The translations under genes and the position numbers were made by a program. Below the pieces are notes generated by a model. The model made no database searches and had not been told where the DNA came from. It was given only the letters and a program-made list of their open reading frames with translations. Shown in pieces: positions 30,089 to 40,215 of a DNA stretch of 64,000 bases (its first letter is position 1; each line of letters opens with the position of its first letter). Source of the stretch: an uncultured Bacilli bacterium (lineage in GTDB: Bacteria; Bacillota_I; Bacilli_A; RFN20; CAG-449); the NCBI GenBank assembly GCA_947595215.1, contig CANQEO010000002.1, positions 3,253-67,252 on the forward strand. Reading direction: 5' to 3'.

Positions 30089-31238
30089 GTTTGTACACCT
30101 CCAGCATATTTTCATAGAAGACATCAATCGAATATTTATTCGCCTCTAAAGCAGCACGTTCAATTATTTTTTCGCGTAATCCTTCATTCATAAAAAGGAG
30201 TTTTTTCAGAAGCTCCACATAGCCTTTTTCATCGTAGAAGAAATAACCAGATTCGCCATCTTTGATAACTCCTGCAAGGTTGTCATCATAGCGACATATG
30301 ACTAAAGTACGTGATGCCATCGCTTCAATATAAGTCAATCCCTGTGTTTCACTTGTGGAAGCTGAGACAAAGATATCAGAGAGAGCGTAATAGAAAGGCA
30401 CTTCTGAATGTGGCACTTTCCCAGTGAAAAGAACTCTTTCGGCAATCGTTAATTCTAATGATAATGCCTCTAATTCTTTTTTACCAGGACCATCGCCAAC
30501 GATTAATAACATCGTATCTTTATCGTTAGTTTCTTTTAAATACGAAGCAAAACCTCGAATTACTAAATCGATGGATTTTTCTTTTGCGATTCTACCTAAA
30601 GACAAAATAATGCGTTTATTTAACAGTCCGTGTTTTTTTCTAAATTCCACAAATTCTTGTTCTTTAAATTGTTTTGGATCAAATTGATTTATATTAATAC
30701 CATTCGGTACTACATTGATATAACGGTTGACACCATAACTTCTTAAAGCATCCTTTGTCTTATAAGATGGTGTAGTAAATTCGGAGCACGAATCCGCCAT
30801 TGTTTTGGAAAATCTTTTGACGATTGCTTTAGCAGCACGATCAAAATGTCCTCTTGTGACATAATAAGTATAATCAGCATACATTGTGTGATACGTATAA
30901 ACTAAAGGTATTTCATATCGTTTTGCTAAAATTTTACCAAACATACCAATACCCATCTCGGTTTGAATGTGAATAATATCGAGATTCATTCTTCTTATTA
31001 CTTTTGCGGCTTTATTATTGAATAAAAAAGCTAGATGATAGTCATAGAGCATCTTTAATCTAACGCCTGGTATTCTTAAAACATTATCTTCATAAGTAAC
31101 ACGATTCGAAAATGGATTTGTAGTAACTACAAAAACTTCGTGGCCATTTTGTCTTAAAATGTCAGCTAAAGTACTCGTAGCCGTTGCAACACCATTGATT
31201 TCAGGTGGAAAAGTATCACTAAATAATCCTACTCTCAT
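30066..31238 (-). CDS. GT4 glycosyltransferase, probable diacylglycerol glucosyltransferase (glycolipid synthase)
   Basis: 390 aa. N-terminus MRVGLFSDTFPPEINGVATA. EX7E motif ETQGLTYIEAMAS. Resembles the alMGS/CpoA/BgsB class. Confidence 0.7.
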   Translation of the reverse strand: MRVGLFSDTFPPEINGVATATSTLADILRQNGHEVFVVTTNPFSNRVTYEDNVLRIPGVRLKMLYDYHLAFLFNNKAAKVIRRMNLDIIHIQTEMGIGMFGKILAKRYEIPLVYTYHTMYADYTYYVTRGHFDRAAKAIVKRFSKTMADSCSEFTTPSYKTKDALRSYGVNRYINVVPNGININQFDPKQFKEQEFVEFRKKHGLLNKRIILSLGRIAKEKSIDLVIRGFASYLKETNDKDTMLLIVGDGPGKKELEALSLELTIAERVLFTGKVPHSEVPFYYALSDIFVSASTSETQGLTYIEAMASRTLVICRYDDNLAGVIKDGESGYFFYDEKGYVELLKKLLFMNEGLREKIIERAALEANKYSIDVFYENMLEVYKRAIRRKW

Positions 31239-32503
31239 TCTTTTTTCTCCTCTTGCTCACGTTCAGAGGCAATCTCATTTTCGAGCAATTTATCTTTCAA
31301 GTCTTCTTTAAGTTTCTTAAAGTGATCTTCGATTTCTTCTTCAGTAACAGGTTCTATTCTTGCTTCTTCGACCACATTACGATTCTTACGATACTCTTCA
31401 AGATTAATAATTTCTAATTCTAACATAGTCCTCGTATTAGCGCGATAGGCTTCTTTCTTCGGTGATTCATGATATAGCATGAAAACTAAGCCACCAGCGA
31501 ATAATCCTAGATAGAATGTAAATCCTCTCCAAAGGAGATTTACGGCATTGACGGTTGGAATAGTTCCATCAAAAAATTGTCTAAACATGATAGTAAATAC
31601 CAACTCAGCACCTCCAGAAGCTCCTGGAATCGGTACCATTGAAGTGACCATACTAACAAAGCTTGCTAATGAAATTCCATCAAAAATACTATGTGACATT
31701 TCAATATGAAGTGCTAATCCCATCACATATGGAATAGCGTAAAATACTGACAATTGAACAAATTTTATTATGATAAGAAGAAATAAAATTTTAATGTTGG
31801 AAGATAATCTCTTGAATTCAATTCTAAAAGTTTCGATTTTAGTGTTGATATCGATTCTCTTTTGTTCTGGATCTTTGACTATCTTAAATTTAGATAAAAT
31901 ATTGATACCGCCGTTAACAATTAATTTATGAATTTTCTTAGAAAAAGCTAATGCAAATAAGCCTATAATAACCATCGCATTGATTACAAATCCTAAAACG
32001 GAAAGACCTATAATATCAAAACTAACACCAAACAGTTCAACGGTATCGGTAATCATAGACATCTCATTAAACTTAAAAATAAAAGTTAGAGTACCAAATA
32101 AAACAATAACTATTTGGTGAACGATAAATTGCATAAAAAGAATCGATGCAGCATTAGTTATTTTTATGCCTTGTTTAGAAAATGTAAATGCTTGAACGAA
32201 TTGTCCACCGCTTGAAGAAGGAGTAATTCCATTTACGAAAGTACCTATCATCGCATTGCAGAAACCTTTATAGTACTTGTACTTACGGTCGTATAGGCGC
32301 GCTAAAATAGTAAGTGTTAAACCATCCATACAAAAACTAAAAATCATTAAAGCTCCGGCAAGAATTAAGTAACGATAATCAGCTGTTGCAATCGCATTAA
32401 AGATTGCGCCGGGATCATCTTTCAAAACAAAAAATAAAGCTAATCCAGTAACTCCAACTAAGAGCAAGATATTTATCAAATATTTGCGTTGTTGTTTTGT
32501 CAT
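31235..32503 (-). CDS. flippase-like membrane protein (LPG_synthase_TM / YbhN family) with acidic C-terminal tail
   Basis: 422 aa. About 8 TM helices, with PIPGASGGAELVF near TM7. 4-nt overlap with the glycosyltransferase gene. 70-aa Glu/Lys-rich tail. Confidence 0.65.
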   Translation of the reverse strand: MTKQQRKYLINILLLVGVTGLALFFVLKDDPGAIFNAIATADYRYLILAGALMIFSFCMDGLTLTILARLYDRKYKYYKGFCNAMIGTFVNGITPSSSGGQFVQAFTFSKQGIKITNAASILFMQFIVHQIVIVLFGTLTFIFKFNEMSMITDTVELFGVSFDIIGLSVLGFVINAMVIIGLFALAFSKKIHKLIVNGGINILSKFKIVKDPEQKRIDINTKIETFRIEFKRLSSNIKILFLLIIIKFVQLSVFYAIPYVMGLALHIEMSHSIFDGISLASFVSMVTSMVPIPGASGGAELVFTIMFRQFFDGTIPTVNAVNLLWRGFTFYLGLFAGGLVFMLYHESPKKEAYRANTRTMLELEIINLEEYRKNRNVVEEARIEPVTEEEIEDHFKKLKEDLKDKLLENEIASEREQEEKKE

Positions 32504-33124
32504 AAATAATCCTCTTTTAACTTAATAATTATATCATGGTATCTTTGAATAAGATACGCTTTTATTTTTATCAATAAAAAAGACTATAATTCGAATTGAT
32601 AAAATTTGTGCGAATCTGGAATAAATTCCACTTCCGCCGATTAAAGTAAAAAAGCAATGTTGCAAAAGGAATTCAAATTAACGCCACATCATATGCTTTT
32701 AGACAAATTATAAGATTAATACAATCGCTTCTATACATAAGAAAACAATTTTTTTTCATATTTGAGTTCTTGTTTCAAATTCGATATCTTTAGCATTCAT
32801 ACGTATTTATACCACAATGATAAATATAGCAACTTTAATAGATATTTATAAAGTGTATCTGACCAATAGAACTGACAATTCATTAATTTTATATTTTTTA
32901 ATATCATCTGTTCTCATAGGATATAAATACCAATGTAAAATGAACATCACCCATTCCTAATAATTATATCATTTTATCATTTTAATAATTTGTAAATTAT
33001 CAATTTATAAAATGGACTTTCTTTAGTACTTCTCCTCTTGATTTTTTTGATTTTTCTAAAGAAGATTTAGAAGCTAAGAGATAATCTATTATAAGTCTTT
33101 TTTTATATTCAGACTTATCGACGT

Positions 33125-35761
33125 TTAATTGGACCAAATACCATAACTAATATTTAACGCACGCCAATTTGTAAAATAAGTATCAGAATTAGTGTAAGTT
33201 GATTTTAAAGTATATCCATAAACAGCACAGAAGAAGCATAAACCAGAAGCATCAGCTGAATCACTTCCATAAACGTTATAAACAATTACATCATTAAACG
33301 CAGTTTCGACTTCATTAATTCCTATCGATGAATATGTTGAATTAGCTTTTATCAAATCTATGAAATCTTTTAAATCAAAAACATCATAAGTATAACCATA
33401 ACTAGAATCATATCCAAATTGTTGACACTTTTTAACTAGAGTTTTAAATGTACTCCATTTGCTACTACTAGTAATAATATTTGAAAGATTAGAAGCCATA
33501 TTTTCCCAAGCAGCGCGGAAATTAATCATTTTACTTAGATCTAAAACAGACATAGTGGCATCATTAAATCCACGATATTGTCCACCATAACTATTATAGC
33601 ATTCAGCACATTTTTCAACGAATGTATCAGAAATTTCAGTCAATAATTCTGGCGCTTCAATTTTGGTATCAGCATAGAGATCATCTATCCATTTATCATA
33701 ATCCCAGCCTTCTCCGGGTTCACTTTCTTGAGAAGCAACCATATATTCAAAATAATCGCTATTTAAATCAGCAATATCAGTGACTGCCATCAAGCACGCA
33801 TCGTAACCGACCCATGACAGTTTTTGTGTTCTACCCATTGTCTTAAAAGCTTTTTGTAAAGCTTGGTGGACTTCATTATTTGTTAAAGAATCATAGTTAT
33901 AATTTTCATCATAACAGCACCCATCAATAGCTCCACCATGGTTCCAAAATACAACACCAATTTGATTTGCGTCATACTCAGTTAATCCCCATTCCATAAA
34001 GCTTTGGAAAGTCGATGAATTTCCCATTGATGCCTTTGAAAGTTGTGCATCTCTTATTAATTTATTGTTTTCAATATGCCATCTTTGCAAATAGTTTGCG
34101 CTGATACCATATGTTGATTTCCACTTTTTTGCGCCACCAGTTTCAATAATAATATTTACATTATCTGGCATATTTTTTACCGAAAGAATTTCGGTAATAT
34201 TCTCAGTTGCTAGACCTTCATCGCTTTCTAAATCAGATCCACACATATAAATCATAATTGTATAATCATCAAGAATAACGTCTTTAACTTCTGCATTACA
34301 CGTGGCCTTGAAATTACCATCTTCAGTAATTGCAGTAATTACGCTAGATCCAACACTGATACCTTTTACAACTCCTTCTTCTACAGTAGCAACGCTAGGA
34401 TTACTTGAAGTCCAAGTTATATTTTTATTCGTTGCATTACTTGGAAGAATGTTTGCAGTTAATTTAGAGGTTCCATTTATTGACACTTCAATAGAATTAC
34501 TATTCAATGAAACACCAGTAACAGATACCATTTTTACATTAATAGTAATGCTATTTTGAATAAGATTATTATCGGAATCAAAAGTTGTTACAGTAATTGT
34601 AGCAGTTCCTTCTTTTAATCCTGATACCACGCCATCTTTCGAAACGGACGCAACTGATGTATTATCAGATTCCCATACGACATCTTTTTGATTAGTATCT
34701 AAAGGTGCAAAATTAACATAATATTGATAAGTTTCTCCGATTGCTAAATCGGTTTTACCAACAATTTCAATCGAAGTAGGATAAATCGGTTCAGCGGTTT
34801 GTCCGCGATAAATTTGTGGTAATGCCTGTATTGAAGTATATGTTGTAAAACGTGGACTACTAATATTGTAATAAATTATTCCGCAATTACTATTAGTATT
34901 AGTGATGGTTGCATTTCCATTACTACCGATTGTTATATTCCATGTAGTAGTACCTGAATCCCAAGATAAATTTTTAGCAGATGTAGCACCTAATAATGAA
35001 CCACTTTCATTTTTCAATGTCCAATAGTGGTCGCTCTTTCCTAAGGTAAAAGCAAGAGTATCTTCTGACAATAGCGTAATAGTTTGTTTATCATTTGAGA
35101 ATGTCGATGCTTTAGCCCCTAAATATTGGGCATTGCTGCCGGTTTTCATTTCACCGGCCGTTACACCTTTATCAGAATAAGCGAGAACTATTACATCACC
35201 AGCTTGTAAATCTGAAACATTTGTTATCAATTCCCAATCTTTTTTAGTTGGGGCATTAACTCTAATTGTACATTTATCAGACACTTTACTTCCATCATCA
35301 CTCGATGCAGTAATAATTGCCGATCCTGAAGATTTAGCAAGCACGTTTCCGTTTTCATCAACACTAGCAACATTAGATGAAGATGAAGTCCAAATAACAC
35401 TCTTGTTAGTAGCGTTTTCTGGCAATAAATTATAATTTAAGGAAAATGTTTCGCCTATTTCCATAATCTTATTTGTAACATCAAGTTCGATTGATTTAAC
35501 ATAAATAATATTTGGAGAAGTACTAGAACTTTGGTCTTCTTCACTATCTGTGCTTTCGCTTTCTAAATCTTCGCTTGAAGAAATAGAAGGAATGATAATT
35601 GAATCATTACTTTCACTATCCATTTCTGAATCTAAACTAGTAGAAACATCTAATGTTAAAGATGAATCAACCTCACTAGAAGAACTTGGATTAATTACTC
35701 TACATGAGGCGCAAAGCAATAATGCTAATGCAAAAACAATCAACTTACTTTTCTTTTTCAT
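33125..35761 (-). CDS. surface-anchored clostripain-family (C11) cysteine peptidase with three Big_2 domains
   Basis: Signal peptide MKKKSKLIVFALALLLCASC, then a Ser/Asp/Glu linker. Three Big_2-like repeats (..LPENATNKSVIWTSSSSNVASVDENGNV..; ..PLDTNQKDVVWESDNTSVASVSKDGVV..; ..LPSNATNKNITWTSSNPSVATVEEGVV..). C-terminal C11 motifs YTIMIYMCGSDLESD, catalytic His in VFWNHGGA, catalytic Cys in GYDACLMA. Start trimmed to the ATG at 35761. Confidence 0.75.
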   Translation of the reverse strand: MKKKSKLIVFALALLLCASCRVINPSSSSEVDSSLTLDVSTSLDSEMDSESNDSIIIPSISSSEDLESESTDSEEDQSSSTSPNIIYVKSIELDVTNKIMEIGETFSLNYNLLPENATNKSVIWTSSSSNVASVDENGNVLAKSSGSAIITASSDDGSKVSDKCTIRVNAPTKKDWELITNVSDLQAGDVIVLAYSDKGVTAGEMKTGSNAQYLGAKASTFSNDKQTITLLSEDTLAFTLGKSDHYWTLKNESGSLLGATSAKNLSWDSGTTTWNITIGSNGNATITNTNSNCGIIYYNISSPRFTTYTSIQALPQIYRGQTAEPIYPTSIEIVGKTDLAIGETYQYYVNFAPLDTNQKDVVWESDNTSVASVSKDGVVSGLKEGTATITVTTFDSDNNLIQNSITINVKMVSVTGVSLNSNSIEVSINGTSKLTANILPSNATNKNITWTSSNPSVATVEEGVVKGISVGSSVITAITEDGNFKATCNAEVKDVILDDYTIMIYMCGSDLESDEGLATENITEILSVKNMPDNVNIIIETGGAKKWKSTYGISANYLQRWHIENNKLIRDAQLSKASMGNSSTFQSFMEWGLTEYDANQIGVVFWNHGGAIDGCCYDENYNYDSLTNNEVHQALQKAFKTMGRTQKLSWVGYDACLMAVTDIADLNSDYFEYMVASQESEPGEGWDYDKWIDDLYADTKIEAPELLTEISDTFVEKCAECYNSYGGQYRGFNDATMSVLDLSKMINFRAAWENMASNLSNIITSSSKWSTFKTLVKKCQQFGYDSSYGYTYDVFDLKDFIDLIKANSTYSSIGINEVETAFNDVIVYNVYGSDSADASGLCFFCAVYGYTLKSTYTNSDTYFTNWRALNISYGIWSN

Positions 35762-35935
35762 AAAACTTTCTCCATAAGCAATTAAAGTTATCATTATATT
35801 TTAATTATAACAGAAATAATTATTTTTTTCTAAGAGAACGGAAAAAACAAATGCAAGACCAATATTTTTATATTATTTATATTCTAAAAATAGTAAAATA
35901 TAAGAAATATAAGCAAGTATTAAAGGTGAAATTCT

Positions 35936-37240
35936 ATGAAGAAACATTTATTAATTCCATTATGTTTATTCCTTGTAAGCTGTCAATCAACTACGATAGA
36001 TTCTTTTAATTCTAGTGATACACCTACAAGTTCAGAAAATGAATCAATTGAAAGTTCAAACGAAGTATCGTCTGATAATGATTCTTCTGTTGAATCTGAA
36101 GGGAGTGTAGAATATAGCAAAGAACCATCTGAAAACTCTAGCATTGATTCTAGTTCTTCTGAGGAACATAATTCTTCCATACCAAATCTAAGCGACAACA
36201 CTATTCATAGTGTTTTAACCATAGGAGAAAAACTATCAGAAGGAGAACTTGGTAATCAAGTTACATTCGAAGGCGTTTATGTCAAAATGGTTAATTTTAA
36301 TTTTGATCATTATATGCTCTTTGTAGATGACACCGATTATATCTATGTCTATGTTAACAATTCTGATTATAGCAAAGTAAGCAATAAGTATTTAAAGTAT
36401 TCTTATAGTGTTTCAGGTATGGTTAAAAAGGAAAAAGGAAGAGTTATTGTAAATTACGAGACTTTACAAAATTTGTCTTCGAGTGAAGTTACCATAAACT
36501 ATAATACTCTTGCTGAGAAGATGGAATCAATTGCCAATATCAATGAAGAAGCTAGTAAAATTGTATTAGACGAAACTAAATATAATGGATCTGGGAAAGT
36601 CGTTTCATTCGACGCCCAAATCATAGCTTTTGATGAATCTGATGCCAATCAAAAAGCAATAGTTTACGATGGAAGTCAAGTAATGACTATTATCGACACT
36701 AAAAAAATCGGTAGTCCCTCTTCTGATATCGGTTGTACTTACACATTTGTGGGAGCAATAAATGTTCAAAGTTCACACCCAGCAATTCTTCTAATCGATA
36801 AAACTTTAAAAGATTCTGAAAATAAAGATATCGTCATTGAAAACGATGAAGAAGTCAGTGTTGGTTATTTTGCAAAATGGAATCTAAACTCCGATGTTAT
36901 GAAAGTTCCAACTTATGAAGACTATGCAAAGATTTATACTTCAACAGTTTATATTAAAGATGACGAAAGCAAAACTAATGCCTATTACATGGGAATGGTT
37001 GATAGCATCAATAATTCTTTAAGTGATAGTGGTATGGGAAAGCGCGATGTCGTTAAAGGTGCTTATTTAATGAATAACCTTAATATAACTGAATACGAAT
37101 TGACTAACTACTCACCTTTTTATGAGTATTATGTAAATGAAGTTCCTGTTACCTTTAGCTATGTATTATTTAACTTCAATAATAACGATCACATATGGCG
37201 TGTGATGCCACTTAATTTTACAATTCCGGAATATAATTAA
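35936..37240 (+). CDS. lipoprotein of unknown function with Ser/Glu-rich linker
   Basis: 434 aa. Lipobox LVSCQS. 70-aa S/E/N/D low-complexity linker. Divergent from the C11 peptidase gene. Confidence 0.5.
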   Translation: MKKHLLIPLCLFLVSCQSTTIDSFNSSDTPTSSENESIESSNEVSSDNDSSVESEGSVEYSKEPSENSSIDSSSSEEHNSSIPNLSDNTIHSVLTIGEKLSEGELGNQVTFEGVYVKMVNFNFDHYMLFVDDTDYIYVYVNNSDYSKVSNKYLKYSYSVSGMVKKEKGRVIVNYETLQNLSSSEVTINYNTLAEKMESIANINEEASKIVLDETKYNGSGKVVSFDAQIIAFDESDANQKAIVYDGSQVMTIIDTKKIGSPSSDIGCTYTFVGAINVQSSHPAILLIDKTLKDSENKDIVIENDEEVSVGYFAKWNLNSDVMKVPTYEDYAKIYTSTVYIKDDESKTNAYYMGMVDSINNSLSDSGMGKRDVVKGAYLMNNLNITEYELTNYSPFYEYYVNEVPVTFSYVLFNFNNNDHIWRVMPLNFTIPEYN

Positions 37241-37350
37241 ACGCAAAGATGTTCATCAACCTGATGGAACTTTAGTCAATAAGAAACAACCTCTTAATAT
37301 TATTCAGTTTAAAATAAAGCTGAAAAATAATTGTGATTTAAAATTTTAAA

Positions 37351-37388
37351 AGCACTATATTTACTAATTTTATATAGTGTTATTTTTT
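37351..37388 (+). terminator. rho-independent terminator
   Basis: CACTATAT-n11-ATATAGTG followed by TTATTTTTT. Confidence 0.6.
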
Positions 37389-37494
37389 ATATCATAAATA
37401 TTTTCGCGACCATCATAAAAAACACATTTACAAAATATTCATATTATTTTATAGTAATTATGTAAAAAAGAAATTATATACTAGTAGGTATTTT

Positions 37495-38328
37495 ATGGTA
37501 GTAAGTATAATTCTCTTTCTATTAAGTATAGCCACATTAACTTATTTAGAAATTGTTACAAAATTTTATGAAACTATATGGACAATTGCTCTCGCCGTTT
37601 TAGTTTTACCAATAGTTTGTGTCTTATGGTTTATCATTTATTTGCTTATATTATTTTTATGGTCACTTTTTATCAACAAAAAGAAAGAAATTAATAAACC
37701 TAATAGATTCTATTATTGGATTATTCGTCAAACCTGTTATTTAATTATATCATTTTCTAGAACTAAAGTTCATATTTCAGGATTAGAAAAACTACCTAAA
37801 GATAGACGCTTTGTAATAATTAATAATCACACCTCAAACTTTGATCAAATTGTTATGATGAAAATTTTAAAAGAGTCTCCTATTATCTTTATAACTAAAC
37901 CTCAAAATGAAAATATTCCAATTGCTGGTGCTTTTATTCATAAAGCTGGATTTATAACACTTGATCGTGATAATGATTTTAATGCTTTAAAGTCTATTCT
38001 AAAAGCGACAAAATTTATTGAAGAAAATCTATCACACATATCTATTTGTCCTGAAGGAACAAGAAGTAAATCAGGAACATTGCTTGAGTTTAAACCTGGC
38101 TCATTTAAAGTGGCTACTAAAGCTAGAGCTCCAATTGTAGTTTCATCATTAGTAAATTGTAATATTATTCATAAAAATTTTCTTTTAAGAAGAACTCACG
38201 TTTATTTTGATATAGTTGATTGCCTTTATTATGAAGATTACAAAGATTTATCTACAATTCAAATAGCCAAAATCGCCAAAGAAAAAATTCAATTACAAAT
38301 AGACAAAAGAAAAGGAGAACAAAAGTAA
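37495..38328 (+). CDS. plsC: 1-acyl-sn-glycerol-3-phosphate acyltransferase
   Basis: 277 aa. HX4D motif NHTSNFD. CPEGTRS. Two N-terminal TM helices. Confidence 0.85.
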   Translation: MVVSIILFLLSIATLTYLEIVTKFYETIWTIALAVLVLPIVCVLWFIIYLLILFLWSLFINKKKEINKPNRFYYWIIRQTCYLIISFSRTKVHISGLEKLPKDRRFVIINNHTSNFDQIVMMKILKESPIIFITKPQNENIPIAGAFIHKAGFITLDRDNDFNALKSILKATKFIEENLSHISICPEGTRSKSGTLLEFKPGSFKVATKARAPIVVSSLVNCNIIHKNFLLRRTHVYFDIVDCLYYEDYKDLSTIQIAKIAKEKIQLQIDKRKGEQK

Positions 38329-39179
38329 TGAATTATATTTTATTTAATCCAAAAGCAAACAACAACAATGGCGAAATAAACGTCGGAATCGCCAAAGAAA
38401 AATTAAAAGAGAGATTTAGCAAAATGGAAACTATAAGTCTTATAGACTTAGATGTTGAAATTTTCCTTAAAAGCGTAAAAGAAGATGATAACATCATTCT
38501 TTTAGGTGGTGATGGTACTTTAAATAACTTTGTGAACAAAATTCAAGATGTTGAATTGCCATGCAAGATTTACCTTTTTAGTGCAGGAACAGGTAACGAC
38601 TTCTTAAATGACATCAAAAATGAAATTGATTCTGATGGATTAGCTTTAATTAACAATTATATAAAACATCTTCCTTATGTTATTGTTAACGAGAAGAAAT
38701 ACTATTTCATTAATGGGGTAGGATTTGGAATAGATGGTCAAGTATGTGAAGTAGCCGATGAGAAAAAAAGAAAAGGCGCCAAAAAGATATCTTACGCTGG
38801 AATTTGTGTAAAACTAGCTCTCTTAAAATATAAATTTCCAAATGGTAAAATTCTTGTTGATGGTAAAGAAATTTCTCATAGTAAAATATGGATTGCTTCT
38901 GCAATGAATGGAAGATTTTATGGTGGAGGATTAATGATCGCACCAGGTCAAAATCGTAAAGATAAAAAACTTACAATGGCTTGTGTCCACGGCGGATTCC
39001 GTTTGAAAGGCTTAATAGTATTTATCAGTGTATTTAAAGGTGAACACATCAAGCATAAAAAGATGGTGGATATCATAAAAGCAAATAGAATCGAAGTAAC
39101 ATTCGATCGACCCACCGCTTTACAAATCGATGGTGAAACGATTTCTGGTGTCACCCATTATGTTGCCATAAAGGAATAA
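38328..39179 (+). CDS. diacylglycerol/lipid kinase (DagK/YegS family)
   Basis: 283 aa. GGDGTLN motif. TAATG overlap with plsC. Confidence 0.8.
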   Translation: MNYILFNPKANNNNGEINVGIAKEKLKERFSKMETISLIDLDVEIFLKSVKEDDNIILLGGDGTLNNFVNKIQDVELPCKIYLFSAGTGNDFLNDIKNEIDSDGLALINNYIKHLPYVIVNEKKYYFINGVGFGIDGQVCEVADEKKRKGAKKISYAGICVKLALLKYKFPNGKILVDGKEISHSKIWIASAMNGRFYGGGLMIAPGQNRKDKKLTMACVHGGFRLKGLIVFISVFKGEHIKHKKMVDIIKANRIEVTFDRPTALQIDGETISGVTHYVAIKE

Positions 39180-39738
39180 AAATATTAGTAAAGTAATCGT
39201 AATTCTAAAAAATCAGATATAGTCCGAAAATTATTTTTTAAATATACTACATATTTATTCAACAAAATGATACCTGTTAAACGAAACAAGCTTATCTTTG
39301 TAATTGGCAATTTTGATAAATCAAAAATTAATATTGAAGCAAAAACTCTATTTAACGGAACAATTACTTATAAGGAAAGAGCCACAATATTTACATATGA
39401 ATTTGGAATTGTCATTCATGCTTAAATAGAAAAAAAACACCAAAGTTAAATTAACTAGTGATGGTTTTTCAAATATACCTTTATTTTGCTTCCGTTTTTA
39501 AGTATTCTTTTTTGGTAATCTTTTGTTTATTTCAAGTGCTGTCATAGCTAGTTCTTTCCCTTCTCGAGTTAAGGAAAGAAATCGTTAATTTAACACATAA
39601 ACAAACACTTATTTCCATGGTATGCCTATTTTTTGACGTATTGGTCTATTTTATAGTACTATTATAATAGTAAATAGGAATTTAGCGAGAAAAGTGAGAA
39701 AATTCCCGCTTTCAAACCTTATAAAGTAGGAGATTTTT

Positions 39739-40215
39739 ATGAAAAAGAAAATATTTTGTCTTTTGTTACCCTTTCTTTTACTAATGCTTTGTTCTTGTGG
39801 TGGTGATATGAATGGTTGGCCGAAACTCGAACTGGGTTTGGATATCGAAAATTACGATGAAGTTTCGCTCGAATATCATCATATCTCCAAGCATTCCGAT
39901 CGGATGCCACTCGATGTCGATAATGATTATTTCGGCACATCGGCAGATTTGGAGATCATAAATGAAGTATATCAAACCATAAATGGTCTTTCATACAGCG
40001 AAGAAACATATCAAAAAATCGACACGGAAAACTATTGGAGCAATGTGGTCATAACATTTTGGAAAGACAGCGAGTCGATGTACACTTTCTCGTTTTATGA
40101 ATACGCTATCAAAGATGGCTATTTCGTCTTCGACAACGGCGAAATCCATAAATATTTAGGCGATTTTGTAGGTATAACCTATGAACATTTTGAGGACAAA
40201 TTGGAAACAAATTAA
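39739..40215 (+). CDS. small lipoprotein of unknown function, compositionally atypical (G+C-richer)
   Basis: 158 aa. Lipobox LMLCSCGG. AGGAG SD 7 nt upstream. Many GC-rich codons (ggc, tcg, gcc, cgc) compared with its neighbours. Confidence 0.55.
   Translation: MKKKIFCLLLPFLLLMLCSCGGDMNGWPKLELGLDIENYDEVSLEYHHISKHSDRMPLDVDNDYFGTSADLEIINEVYQTINGLSYSEETYQKIDTENYWSNVVITFWKDSESMYTFSFYEYAIKDGYFVFDNGEIHKYLGDFVGITYEHFEDKLETN

Noticed and set aside
39267-39425. 52-aa plus-strand ORF (MIPVKRNKLIFVIGNFDKSKINIEAK...) after dagK
   Set aside because: No SD or promoter and no recognisable motif. It may be a gene fragment, but I cannot support it.
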